Shown: positions 1 through 11,000 of the stretch, in pieces | Layout of the letters: every line of letters begins with the position of its first letter | How positions within the stretch are numbered: the first letter of the stretch is position 1 | Source of the DNA: a virus | Lineage: Duplodnaviria; Caudoviricetes | Length of the DNA: 64,000 bases | Reading direction: 5' to 3' (one strand) | Virus record (IMG/VR): IMGVR_UViG_3300035492_000236 | Notes under the pieces: generated by a model | What the model was told of the DNA's origin: nothing | Databases searched by the model: none | What the model saw: the letters and a program-made list of their open reading frames with translations, nothing else | Position numbers and translations under genes: made by a program

Positions 1-1
1 G

Positions 2-184
2 AAGATCAAGACCAACGACTTCTTGGCCGATACGCCAGTCGCCACCTTCACTGGGCTGGTAAAGGCCGATTCAATGAGCTGCACGAACGGTGGTCAATTT
101 GGGAGTGTGGATGCCTCAGGCGCCATCAATGCCAAATCCATGACCGCAGACACTGCTAACTTTAAATCCCACGGACCACATTAA
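2..184 (+). CDS. 3' end of a gene running in from the left edge; possible baseplate spike-like beta-rich protein
   Basis: Open frame KIKTNDFLAD...TANFKSHGPH* ending at TAA 182-184, followed by a hairpin. Beta-repeat character and His-rich C-terminus only suggest a spike protein. Confidence 0.4.
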   Translation, partial: KIKTNDFLADTPVATFTGLVKADSMSCTNGGQFGSVDASGAINAKSMTADTANFKSHGPH

Positions 185-196
185 TTGACACAACTG

Positions 197-226
197 CGTG
201 CAGGGAGGCACATGCCTCCCTGCACG
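197..226. terminator. Hairpin between convergent genes (likely bidirectional terminator)
   Basis: Perfect inverted repeat cgtgcagggaggca / tgcctccctgcacg between two convergent stop codons. Confidence 0.7.
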
Positions 227-227
227 G

Positions 228-1463
228 TTATTTGATGCGTGCGCGGTAATGAATCATCGTTGGTTCAATTTCCATCACTGGCCGGTAGGGTGCAGCTCCG
301 CCATTCATTCGGACCAGCTGCAGCCAGTCGGTGTCGTGGTGCATGTAGGTCTGTCGATGTGACTCCACGCCACACAGCGCCCAGACGAACTCTCCGCGCA
401 CTGGCCAATACTCAATCCCCCGCCCCAAATGATCCACTAAACGAGAATGGGTGCGATCGATCGGGACCACGTAGCTTCCCATCTTGGCACTCAGACTCAC
501 GCCGGTTTTATCCACCATCAGGTCCGGATTGTCAATCAGTACCAGAAAACTGTAGGGTGACGTCAGGTACTTGTGGATGGCGTTGTCGCTAGTGACATGA
601 CTCATCACAGATTGACTGTCGATGTCATCCAGTCCCATCATCTCCAAGTCCAACGTGTCTTGGGTCTCCAGCACCCGCTCGACATAACGACTGTTCCGCA
701 ACGTTATCGCGATGGTGTTGTCACCAATCACCGACACTACATTATCGAGCAAGTGTAAATGACCGCCCAGTACCAACCCGACCGTCTTCCGGTTGATGTT
801 CTGCCGAACGTCGATCAGGATGCGATCGAAGTAGGTGTGCTGCTCGCTGACCTTGTGGATGTTATCGGCAGTGATCGGAACCTGGGCTATGGTGCCGATA
901 TGCTCAAATGACAGCAGGCCTGCGTCCATCCTACCCGACTTGCGGATGATATCGCCAGCGTACTTTAACCGGCAGCCGTATTGGTGATAGGTAGTGGGGA
1001 CCACTAGCCCATTGATGGTGAACAGGCATTTATAATGCAAGTCAGCCGGAGCAATGTCGTCGTACGTGATGACCAAATCATCGTAATCTTCGACGGCCAC
1101 CTCGTGTGAGGGGTGGTATCCGGCCTTGGCCATCTTAAAGGTGCCTTTACGCAGCGTGAGTGGCACGTAACGCGTTTCCCCAATGATTAAAGAAGGATGG
1201 CCGTCAGTCAGTTGCAATGCCTCATGGCCGATGTCGTTGAGCCACTGTGGGAGTGTCCGACGACTGTCTCGAATTCGCCCTTCATACTGGAACAAATCGA
1301 GGGTCTTGTCCGCCCCGTAGAAGTCCGTCAGCGGGACCTCCAGTTGGCGATAGTTGGCGATGAGTTCGTTTAGTGGTGTTAGTTCGATGTCGATGGTATC
1401 CCACCGTCGCGTTTGACGGGTCTTGGCCACTGCTAATCCCGCCAATTGATAATGACCGTGCAT
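228..1463 (-). CDS. Putative virion structural protein (411 aa)
   Basis: Long ORF with SD aaggag, divergent from the fibre cluster, with an upstream TATG element. Function inferred from context only. Confidence 0.55.
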   Translation of the reverse strand: MHGHYQLAGLAVAKTRQTRRWDTIDIELTPLNELIANYRQLEVPLTDFYGADKTLDLFQYEGRIRDSRRTLPQWLNDIGHEALQLTDGHPSLIIGETRYVPLTLRKGTFKMAKAGYHPSHEVAVEDYDDLVITYDDIAPADLHYKCLFTINGLVVPTTYHQYGCRLKYAGDIIRKSGRMDAGLLSFEHIGTIAQVPITADNIHKVSEQHTYFDRILIDVRQNINRKTVGLVLGGHLHLLDNVVSVIGDNTIAITLRNSRYVERVLETQDTLDLEMMGLDDIDSQSVMSHVTSDNAIHKYLTSPYSFLVLIDNPDLMVDKTGVSLSAKMGSYVVPIDRTHSRLVDHLGRGIEYWPVRGEFVWALCGVESHRQTYMHHDTDWLQLVRMNGGAAPYRPVMEIEPTMIHYRARIK

Positions 1464-1499
1464 GTATAAAGCTCCTTGAGATCATGGTGTCTGCGACTT

Positions 1500-1529
1500 A
1501 CATACTATCGGCCCCGACAAATAGTATGT
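1500..1529. promoter_or_regulatory. Divergent pair of TATG late-promoter-like elements in a 9-bp inverted repeat
   Basis: acatactat-N12-atagtatgt places tagTATGt on each strand, each facing a divergent structural gene. TATG is the known phiKZ late promoter core. Confidence 0.5.
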
Positions 1530-1570
1530 CTTGGATCTTATCTTATTACTCTAGTTATTTGAGGTGTGAA

Positions 1571-4500
1571 ATGCCCCAGTACGACTATAATTTCGACCCG
1601 CACGCGTCGGCGCCGGAGAACTGGATTCTGGGCGAGGAGCATCCGACGGCGGTTACTGGCCAGCGTCGTGTGCTTGTCCCTAAATTCGCTCCTTTCTTTT
1701 TTAAGGACCTGGTGGTCCGTCTTGGGTCCGAGGAGCTCATTGAAGGACGAGACTATTACCTGTGCATTGCGTACCGGGAAGCCAGTCATCGATTCGGCCA
1801 GTTGGTGTTCGGTGGCATCTGGTTGATTGACGACAAACGCGCCGGGACGTTTCGCATTGACTACCGCACAGTAGGTGACAAATACACCCTACCGCGATCA
1901 CGCATTACGCAATACCTGACCAATGAGTTGACTGACCCACAACAGGCAGACTGGATTGATGTCATGGGTCAGCCAATGTTCATCCCACCTGTGGAGATCA
2001 AGTTTGATCGTCCCGCATACTACGACGAACAGGTGTTGTCCGCCAGCATCCGTACGTTGGCCGACGGCATCAGCGCCAAGGACCCGAAAGAGGACGAACT
2101 TTACCAGTTCCTCGATCGCTGGTTGCGGGAGCTGGAGCGGGTAGTACACACCTCACCGATGATTGCTCACCTGACCAATAAAAACAACCCACACGGCACT
2201 AAATGGTTCCATGCCGACGCATTGAAGGTGGATGGGGTTGCTGCGAACTCAGCAAAAGCCTACGGAAAAACTTTGGCTGAATTGACCGCATATGTGAATG
2301 CTCGAGGCATTACCCAAGCGCATCTGGACGCCTACATCAAACTCCGTGGTGGGAAAACCGTGACAGGTGATTTGCGCTTGCGCGACGGTGCCATGTTGAT
2401 TGAGGGTATGAAGAATGGTGCTGGAGTGGTGTTGAGTCTTGATTGCGGCAATGCTGCAGTTGACAGTAAGAAGGGGGTGGCAGTCACCGCTGACAAGAAC
2501 GCTAATCAACCTGGCAAACGAGTGAAGCTGCAAGCTGGCACTAACGTACTGGAGGTGATTTCTTCCGGTGGTGTGCAAGAAAAGGATAACTTGCGTCTCA
2601 ACGGCCACCCTGTGGTGCATGAAGGAAACCTTACCGATCATATCCCCTCGGTAGGTACGTATATCGTCGACTTACGTACAGCTGACACCCTCGTGCTGAA
2701 ATTCAGCGGATTAGGAACAGTAGCCAGCCCCCTCAAGATCGAGGCTATGATACCGCAATCGGGCCTTGGCTTGCCAGGCATCGCCACCGTAACAAGCCAG
2801 TCGGGAACCCAAACCGATCGTGCAATCAGCGAGCACGCGGTTAAGTTGACCAACGATGAGTTTACCAACAAGGTGCCCAAGACGCGCACGATCAATGGAC
2901 AGCCTTTGTCGAGTGACGTGACTTTAACTGCTGACAGTATTGGGTTGGGCAATGTGGTGAACGTGCCTGACACGGGCCTGCCTGCAAACCCCAACCATAC
3001 ACTGTTGTTGGAGAACAAGGCACCAGCTGTGCATGAGCATGGTATCGAGGATTTCGCAGTGCCGACAGCCACCACTACCGTAAAGGGCGTGGCGCGAGTA
3101 ACGGAAGATCTGTCTGCACCCAACAACACTGACGTGGCGGACAGTATTAAGGTGGCGGAGATTGCCGACCGCGCAAACTTTGCAGTGAGTCAGATCTTCA
3201 CCCGCCTGCCGAAGAACCTTATCGACGTGTCCCACTTTGGTGGTTATGGTACGTCTCCAATTGCGGTAAACAAGAATGGGTGGAAGTTGACCTTCACCCA
3301 AACTCAGCCTTACTACACTGGGCAGGTGCAATATACGTTACCGATCACTGAACTGGATCTGGCGGTGCTGTTCCCCACTACGCGGTTTAACACCGCGTTC
3401 TACATCTACGTGGAGGTGGTGGGGGGCAGCGCTAGATATGTCCTTAGGGGTGATTTTGTGGTGGATTCTGCCGCTATGTTACGGATTGGTAAGCTCACCA
3501 CCAACAGTACTGGCATTGTAACGGTGGAGGTGCTGCGCAGATGTCGGCTGGGGCAGTTCCGGGAACTAACCGACCATATCGAGGCACGCAGTGCGCACGG
3601 GTTCGATGCTGAGTCAGTTACCCCTCAGGATGTCGGACTGGGTCTAGTGGAGAACAAGCCACTCTTGGAGAGCCTGGTGATTCCGTCGTTTCGGGAGGTC
3701 TTCGATACGTGGTATCGGTTTTCACATCGCAGTGACGGCGTGTACCCATCACTGCCCGCTGAAACAACCACATGGGAATATTTGCCCGCCACTGACAGCA
3801 TACGTAACCTGACCAATTCATCGTCCTGCGTGGGGATGGTTAGTAACTCACTGGTCGGAGACTACGAGTTCGAGTGTGCAGTCTCATCAACCAATGCGGA
3901 CGATGACCATATCGGCATTGTGCTGGGTTTCGCCATTATTGATGGGGTTGAGCATACGCTCATTGCATATGCCACCGGGACCGATACTAGGGACTACTCT
4001 TTCTTCGTGGCATATAACTACACGCAGTCGTTGCACGGTGGTAGAGTGCTGTGGCAATTCAACCAACCACTTCGCAAAGGTTGGGATGAGTTGGGCGAGT
4101 GCACCATCCGAGCAGTTAAGGTGGGTAATAGGATTGATCTGGAGTTCTCCCCTTTTAGCGGTGCGTCAGAAAGTGTGGGCGCCACTTATACCGTAGAACT
4201 CACTGGAGACCTTGAAAAGTTTCGAGGCTCTACGCGGTTTGGGTATACTGCTCAATCCCAAGCCTATTCTACATGGCGGAATATCAAACGCCCTGACGAG
4301 AGTGTGGGTAACTACTACGCCGATGGCAAGCTCCTTGCCCAGAACTACTCATGGGGAGTGCGTACCACGGTAATTTCCGGCAAGCTCGCGGTGAATAACG
4401 TCAATGGCACGTATTCCATCCCACTACCACGGGTGGTTGATCCTGCCAGTTATCACGTCTGGTTGGGGCACACCAAGATCCAAGATACAAACGGCGGTCT

Positions 4501-4633
4501 TAAGACCGGTACCTTGACATTCACCAAGTATAACAACCGAGTGGAGGTGACCGAGGACACCGGTTGGTCTATCAATCAAATTGCCTATGTTATCACCATC
4601 TTCAACGATGTGCGGATGTACACCAACAATTAA
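1571..4633 (+). CDS. Tail fibre / virion structural protein 1 with a thrombospondin-C-like lectin domain
   Basis: Start MPQYDY after SD gaggtg. N-terminal Y.D..E.H..P.FAPFF..L..G.DYYL block and HxxNxxNPH motif shared with three downstream paralogs. DDDHIGIVLGF motif near the C-terminus. Confidence 0.75.
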   Translation: MPQYDYNFDPHASAPENWILGEEHPTAVTGQRRVLVPKFAPFFFKDLVVRLGSEELIEGRDYYLCIAYREASHRFGQLVFGGIWLIDDKRAGTFRIDYRTVGDKYTLPRSRITQYLTNELTDPQQADWIDVMGQPMFIPPVEIKFDRPAYYDEQVLSASIRTLADGISAKDPKEDELYQFLDRWLRELERVVHTSPMIAHLTNKNNPHGTKWFHADALKVDGVAANSAKAYGKTLAELTAYVNARGITQAHLDAYIKLRGGKTVTGDLRLRDGAMLIEGMKNGAGVVLSLDCGNAAVDSKKGVAVTADKNANQPGKRVKLQAGTNVLEVISSGGVQEKDNLRLNGHPVVHEGNLTDHIPSVGTYIVDLRTADTLVLKFSGLGTVASPLKIEAMIPQSGLGLPGIATVTSQSGTQTDRAISEHAVKLTNDEFTNKVPKTRTINGQPLSSDVTLTADSIGLGNVVNVPDTGLPANPNHTLLLENKAPAVHEHGIEDFAVPTATTTVKGVARVTEDLSAPNNTDVADSIKVAEIADRANFAVSQIFTRLPKNLIDVSHFGGYGTSPIAVNKNGWKLTFTQTQPYYTGQVQYTLPITELDLAVLFPTTRFNTAFYIYVEVVGGSARYVLRGDFVVDSAAMLRIGKLTTNSTGIVTVEVLRRCRLGQFRELTDHIEARSAHGFDAESVTPQDVGLGLVENKPLLESLVIPSFREVFDTWYRFSHRSDGVYPSLPAETTTWEYLPATDSIRNLTNSSSCVGMVSNSLVGDYEFECAVSSTNADDDHIGIVLGFAIIDGVEHTLIAYATGTDTRDYSFFVAYNYTQSLHGGRVLWQFNQPLRKGWDELGECTIRAVKVGNRIDLEFSPFSGASESVGATYTVELTGDLEKFRGSTRFGYTAQSQAYSTWRNIKRPDESVGNYYADGKLLAQNYSWGVRTTVISGKLAVNNVNGTYSIPLPRVVDPASYHVWLGHTKIQDTNGGLKTGTLTFTKYNNRVEVTEDTGWSINQIAYVITIFNDVRMYTNN

Positions 4634-4648
4634 TCCATGGAGACAAGC

Positions 4649-7600
4649 ATGTCTATTGTCGTCGCTTACCCATACGACCCCGATGGGTCTCGGGAAGAAT
4701 GTCGCATCAAGGACGAGCGCCACGTCATCACCACCAACAACAACACGTATCGGGTGATTGCACCGGAACTGGCGCCGTTCTTTCGGAAGGATCTGGAGGT
4801 CGTGCATACGGCCTCCGCCCACGTATTAAAAGAGGGGGTGGACTATTACCTCGGCAATAAACTGACTAGCGTGAAAGCGATCGCCAGTTCTCCACTGTTT
4901 GGCACTATTGTGTTGATCAACCCTAACCTGTTTGGGGAGTTCACCTTGAATTACCGAACCGTTGGCTCCACGTTCGTGGGGGTGCGGTCTGAGATCATGA
5001 CGTATTTGGCGAATCACTTGACTGATCCGGTGAAGACACCCTTTGAGCGGATTATTGATCGTCCCGAATACTACACTCCACACGAGCACGAAATGCACTA
5101 CGCTGACTTTCTTAACAAAGAAGGGGTGGCGGATGCGTTGGAGGACCTTAATCAAGCGATTCTTGATGCTAGTGCAAACGAAGCCGCGGTCGCAGTGGCG
5201 GACCTGGAGCAACGCGTTGTGGCATTGAACGCGTTGCTGAACCAGTACCGTTACGACCTGCATATTGTTGATAAGACCAACCCACATGCCACTACCGCAG
5301 TGCAGGCCATGGCGCTCCCGGCGCATCAGGCTGCGCAAGACACGTTCTTGGCGTTTAACAAGACCTTGATGGAGTTGGCTGAATACATCAACGTGCGAGG
5401 TATCACTCAGGCCGATATGGACCTTTATCTGCATAAGGTCACCAGTCAGACACTGTCAGACACGCTGACGCTGCAAGACGGTCAAGCGGTACTGCGCAAC
5501 CAGCTAGGCAATGTGACCCTTAACCTGGCGAGTGGGGATGTGGTGCTGAATGCACCCGGAATGATCGAGTTGGCGGCGGCAGTGGGTGTGTTGACCTCAG
5601 CGATTCCTAACCGGCTAAAGGCCGGCAAGAACGTGCTGGAAATAATCAGTGATGGTAGTGTGCGTGCTGAAACGTCCCTGAAGTACAACGGCAAGATGGT
5701 CTACACCACCAAGAACATTCGTGCCGAGCTGTTGGGGATTGGTGCTGGACCATCGCGGATTGTAACTGCTAACACACAGTACGTGGAGATGTCTGGCGCT
5801 GGCTGGGAGGCGGCACCTCTGGTGGCGAACCTGCGGTTACCAGCAGCCACCCTTACGGGGCGGGGGATCACCCGTTTATCCAGCAGCTTGACTGGCACGC
5901 GACAAAACGTGGCCGCCACACCAAAAGCCATCAACGATCTGAGACTGAAGGTTAACAATTACGTGCCGTCGTCTCGACGCGTCAATGGAAAAGAGTTAAC
6001 GGCGGACGTAACCGTCACTACTGCAGATCTTAATCTGGACCGCGTTGACAACACCAACGATTTGGAAAAGCCGATCTCCACACCGCAACAGCAGTTGTTA
6101 GCCGGATATGCCGCTCCGGGTCACAAACACCCGGTGGGTGAGATCGAGGTTCCCATCGCCGACGAGACCACCGCCGGTATCATGTCCATGGTGAATGACC
6201 TTGAGGTGATTACGTCAATGCGAGGTGGTGCGACACCACAGGTGGCGTCGGAAATTGACGCAGTGATCAAGGAACTGGAATATGACACCGGGGCGTTGCA
6301 GCATTCATCGACGTTGAACCTCAAGTGGTGGACGTTGGATGATGCCGTGGGTTTCGAGGAACCGATTATCACGTACAGTGGGTTTGTGATCACGATTCCT
6401 GCCGGTGCTAAGGTCTACCTTAACCAAGTGGATTTTACCATCGATCGCTCCAGAACCGTTAATGGCGCTACGTTAGATTTGGCGACGCTGTTCCCAACCA
6501 ATCATAAGTACCGTACATTCTACATCTACATGCAGATGGTTAACGGTAACATTGACTATGTCGCACTCACCTCCCGTAAGGTTGTAGAATCAAACAGTGA
6601 GTGTTTCTTGTTTGCTGTGCAGACCGATGGCACCACACTCACTGCCGGTAGTGGTTATGGTTTTGCGGTGCCGTCTGACGGCATTCTGCATGTACAGCCT
6701 GTCACGTCCGTGGGGATGTTTTCAGAACTGGAAGCCCACCTTGATGAAACACTCCCTCATGGCGGCGGTGCCAACGACGGTCTGACCCAACTGGGACTTG
6801 ACTTGTTGAAGAACGTACCGACATCTGACGGGGTGTCGATTTACTCGCACGATAACCTGGACCGTTGGGATATCGTGACCACGTACAGTGATGTGGCGTT
6901 TAGTAAGCGACTAATCTCAGTAGGGGGGTCTACAGCAGCGATGGGAACCATAATGTCCAGTCAGGTCACGCAGAACGGACACACGATCCTTTATAGTCGG
7001 ATGCCGCAGTGGGACGACAACATACGTCAGCGTACTGTTTCGTACGTGATCGAACCGGGCGGTACAGCGAATCAGACCGCAGTCGGGATTTGTGTTGGTG
7101 AGGGAGTTATTAACAACACCCCGGCAGTGGTAGTGGTTGGCATTCACAATAGCGGCGACGTTACGTTCGAGGTGATAGTAAAAGACGGCGGCTTCCAACT
7201 GATTCCAATCACGGTATTATTGACCGGCGATAGCCAGATGCCTGCCAACATCCCGTACCATGTCAAAACCACGATCAATAAAGATGGCGATACTCCGTTT
7301 GTGATCACAGTCACGATGGCACACGGCAATACGTACCGGGAGGTGACTTGTACAGTACGTAAAGGGATCAATTTGGAGTTTCATGTGGAGCGCACGGCGT
7401 ATGCGGCTGGCTCAATTCCTGTATACACCACCAACGCGGTGACGGTTGAAAGTGTTGGTGCGTCTGCAGGTTTGCGTGATGTGGTTGGGCCGGATGTGTT
7501 TGGTCTCACTGTAGGGCCACGCGTCGGCGCAGGGTCGGGCCCGTGGCAGTCGGAGGTTACCATTAACTGCGTTGGGGACAGCGCGTTAGGGCAGTCGCAG

Positions 7601-7978
7601 GAGTACTTAACTGCCGAGGCTGCGTATAATGCCATTAAAACCAACGCGAACGTCATGATACTGACCGGTCAGACAACAGGCACGCTCCCAGTACCACCTC
7701 CATGTTCACGGTATGTGGTGTTGTATGGCTTTGGCGATATCGGTACCGCGGGCGCTGCGAGTAACGGAACGGGTCCTGGTATCGACGGCTTCGACATTCG
7801 ACTGTCGCGTCCGGCGGAGAGTGATGCAGACATCACATCCAGGCTGGTGCAGGGGGCCGACACCCTCAAGACGCACACGCTGACAATCAAAACCAAGTAC
7901 GAGTCGGAGGGCGCCGCCGCAGCAGCCACCCATCCCGGCACGTTAAACTACATGATCATCGCATATCGCGACATCTAA
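4649..7978 (+). CDS. Tail fibre / virion structural protein 2
   Basis: Start MSIVVAYPYD after ggag. Same N-terminal block, NPH motif, P..R.VNG..L..D and LGL..V.N fibre repeats; distinct C-terminal region. Confidence 0.75.
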   Translation: MSIVVAYPYDPDGSREECRIKDERHVITTNNNTYRVIAPELAPFFRKDLEVVHTASAHVLKEGVDYYLGNKLTSVKAIASSPLFGTIVLINPNLFGEFTLNYRTVGSTFVGVRSEIMTYLANHLTDPVKTPFERIIDRPEYYTPHEHEMHYADFLNKEGVADALEDLNQAILDASANEAAVAVADLEQRVVALNALLNQYRYDLHIVDKTNPHATTAVQAMALPAHQAAQDTFLAFNKTLMELAEYINVRGITQADMDLYLHKVTSQTLSDTLTLQDGQAVLRNQLGNVTLNLASGDVVLNAPGMIELAAAVGVLTSAIPNRLKAGKNVLEIISDGSVRAETSLKYNGKMVYTTKNIRAELLGIGAGPSRIVTANTQYVEMSGAGWEAAPLVANLRLPAATLTGRGITRLSSSLTGTRQNVAATPKAINDLRLKVNNYVPSSRRVNGKELTADVTVTTADLNLDRVDNTNDLEKPISTPQQQLLAGYAAPGHKHPVGEIEVPIADETTAGIMSMVNDLEVITSMRGGATPQVASEIDAVIKELEYDTGALQHSSTLNLKWWTLDDAVGFEEPIITYSGFVITIPAGAKVYLNQVDFTIDRSRTVNGATLDLATLFPTNHKYRTFYIYMQMVNGNIDYVALTSRKVVESNSECFLFAVQTDGTTLTAGSGYGFAVPSDGILHVQPVTSVGMFSELEAHLDETLPHGGGANDGLTQLGLDLLKNVPTSDGVSIYSHDNLDRWDIVTTYSDVAFSKRLISVGGSTAAMGTIMSSQVTQNGHTILYSRMPQWDDNIRQRTVSYVIEPGGTANQTAVGICVGEGVINNTPAVVVVGIHNSGDVTFEVIVKDGGFQLIPITVLLTGDSQMPANIPYHVKTTINKDGDTPFVITVTMAHGNTYREVTCTVRKGINLEFHVERTAYAAGSIPVYTTNAVTVESVGASAGLRDVVGPDVFGLTVGPRVGAGSGPWQSEVTINCVGDSALGQSQEYLTAEAAYNAIKTNANVMILTGQTTGTLPVPPPCSRYVVLYGFGDIGTAGAASNGTGPGIDGFDIRLSRPAESDADITSRLVQGADTLKTHTLTIKTKYESEGAAAAATHPGTLNYMIIAYRDI

Positions 7979-8051
7979 ACCCATAATGAATCAGGTGGTC
8001 GTCCTTAGGGACGGCCATCTTTTGTATGTATCTAACTTGAGGTTTCTCGTC

Positions 8052-11000
8052 ATGGCCGATTACGCCTATCCGTACGATTCAACTGCTTCGTCTGCCGCTA
8101 ACTTGGTCGTGGACGAGCGGCACGCCTTGGCTGACTACCCGAATAAGTGGGGGTCAGTCATCCCTAAATTTGCCCCCTTTTACCGTAAAGACCTGGTGGT
8201 GCGGCATCGTCCTTCTGGCCGTACGCTATTGGAGGGGATCGACTACTACCTCGGTCATCGTTTCGCTGAGGCCTCCACTGCGAACAAAATGCCAGTGTAC
8301 GGCAGCATCATGTTGTTGGATCGCAGCCTGGCAGGCGAAGTGGAATTTAAGCAGTATCGGACGCTGGGCGGTCCCCACACCATCCCGTTTGAAGAAGCAC
8401 TGAACTACCTGGCACGCGAAGACAACCCTGATCCGCGCAACGCAGACTGGGTTGATGTAATGAAGTTCCCACGCATGGTGCCGGTGATCGTTGCCCCTGA
8501 TGACATCAATGGGGCCATTCGCGATGACGCCATTACTGGGAAATTGGATAAATTGGCTGCGACATTGCGCCAACTGGCAGAGCAGGAACGTCAAGCTTAC
8601 GAAAATGTCATGGCTAGCATTGCAGCGTTGGGTGATAAAATCCATACGTTTGATGTGGCAGTGCATGAAGATCGCACATACCCCCATGCAGTTACTTACA
8701 CTCAGCTTAACGCCATCAAGAAGGACGGTACTGCGGTTGATGCACTGAAAGCGTACGGACTCACACTGGCACAGTTTGTGGCCTTTGTGGAAAGTGCTGC
8801 GATTGAAATTAGTGACAAGGAACGCTTGGCGGATTTGATCGGTGACCAACTGCAAGGGCGGCTGCGGCTCGAGGGCGATACTTGCGTGATTCAGGGTCAG
8901 GGCGGTGCCAGTACCTTGGACCTGAAGACTGGGGATTTGGCACTGGTCGCTACAGGTAACGTGACTCTGACGTCAAACGGCACCGAAGACAAAACCGCAA
9001 TTGGTCTGCAATCTGGCCAGAACTCGTTATCACTTCACCGCAGTTACAGCCACGACGTGACTGACCCACTGGTGTATAACGGCTTCTATGTGATCCATGC
9101 AGGTAATATCGCCGATTACGTACCTGATCAAGGTAGTAGTAGTCAGCAGGTATATACGGGCGCTGGCGACCATATTACTTTACGCGGTATTGGCACACCG
9201 TCTCGCCCTTTGACTGGTGATGTGTCGTTCCCCATCGCCACCGCTACCGCTGACGGTCTGTTTAGCTTGTCGACATCAACAGTGTCTAACGACACGGACA
9301 AGGCAGCCACACCGAGCGCCCTGAAAGCAATCCATGACCTACTGGCGACGCTGGTGCCCACCTCGCGTATGGTGAATGGACGTGCTTTAACTGGCAACCT
9401 GACATTCAGCAAGACTGACTTTGGCCTGGGTCGTGTGGACAACACCCATCCCAATAGCAAACCTGCCAGTAACGCATTCAAGACAGCTGCTGCTGCGAAG
9501 CCGGCAGTGGATCATACACACACCCTGGCTGATCTGGAAGGGTTGGAGGCTGCGGGACCTGAGAGTCGGGGGCTGGTTAAATTAGCTACCGACATCAGTA
9601 GTGCGACGGACAGTGTGATCACCACCGCAGTGGCTGCAGGACTGGACGACCGGACAGAGGCCGTTGAAAACGACCTGTTCGAAACCATCCCAAGTGAAGC
9701 GTTTGACATTCAAAAGTACGGCGATGCAAGCTATCTTCCCATTCCTGCCCGCGGGAGCTATCCTGCAGCCGGGGTAAATATCAGCAATTATGCAGTTGTT
9801 GGTGAGTTCGAGGTGGGCGGTAGGTTAGTTCTACTTCGTAATGGTGCGGACGTTATTGACAGCGGTGTATATTATTCGTATGGTGACCTTGACGGATCGG
9901 GCGGTTTCTCAAGGTTTATCAACACAGCGGCTGAGTATCGACCTCGCTACTTACCGTTCGGTGTTCGGGTGCTGGCCGCATCCCGCGGCAGTGCCGGTGT
10001 GTTTATTGCCAAGATGTCGGACGGTAATGCACATTTGGTACTTACCCGAGGCACTATGGATGGCGAGCACCATGTCGGCTCACCGCTTTTGGGTGAATGG
10101 TGGATGAACTGGAATACGATTCCATTCATTGCCGGTGAATATGTTTATATCTTACATCAAGAAGTTGGCCGTGGGTTGGGCTTATCCGTCAGGTTGTGGC
10201 GTGTGTCAGTTAGTGACGTCGAGCGTGGGGTGGCATTAGCGCCTGCGGCGGTTAAGCTGTCTGGCATCGATATTTATGGCGACGCTTTCGCTAACGTAGA
10301 TATTGCCCCCCTGTCTCGCGTAAATGTGTCAAGTAACATTTCAGATAAACCGTACGCACTACGTGAAGATAACGGCACTTGGACCACAGTTATGCCTGTC
10401 AGGTCGTTAAATAACTACGACATCGCAATTCGAGAGGATGAGGTCAGGGTGTTCAACTACACGACTGTGTATCTGAGAAATGCCACCGAATCCCGACATC
10501 ACCGAGTTAGTTATAGTTACCGCGTTGATTTTAAAACTGGGGTTGTTAACTTAGATGATCGTAGTGCCTTCCCAATTAAAATTAAGCCTACTGGTGCCGA
10601 GACGACGGCGATCGCGCCGAGCGGTGAATGGGCCGCAATGCCTTATGGTAACGTGGACCGATTGGCTGGCGTAATCGACGCGGGTGACCGAATGTGTGCG
10701 GTCGCTTACCATCGAACTTACATGATTCCGAAGGTGGTACCATTCTCCAAAAACGACGGGACGGTGAGCAAGTTTGACCACCTCAGCGCTGCAACTAAAC
10801 GAATAACGTTTAGCTACAGTAACGAGGTGGATCTTGCCGGCGCCCGCGGTTCTGTTGCTGGATCCGTGCCGATGTCGGTGGGTTTTCTCTCTGACAATAA
10901 AATTATTGCACGTGAACGTGCGGGCACTAGCAATATCCTGCAATACGACCCTAGCGGCGAATACGTCACCGGCGACGGCGGTTTTGGTCCTACGGCAGAT

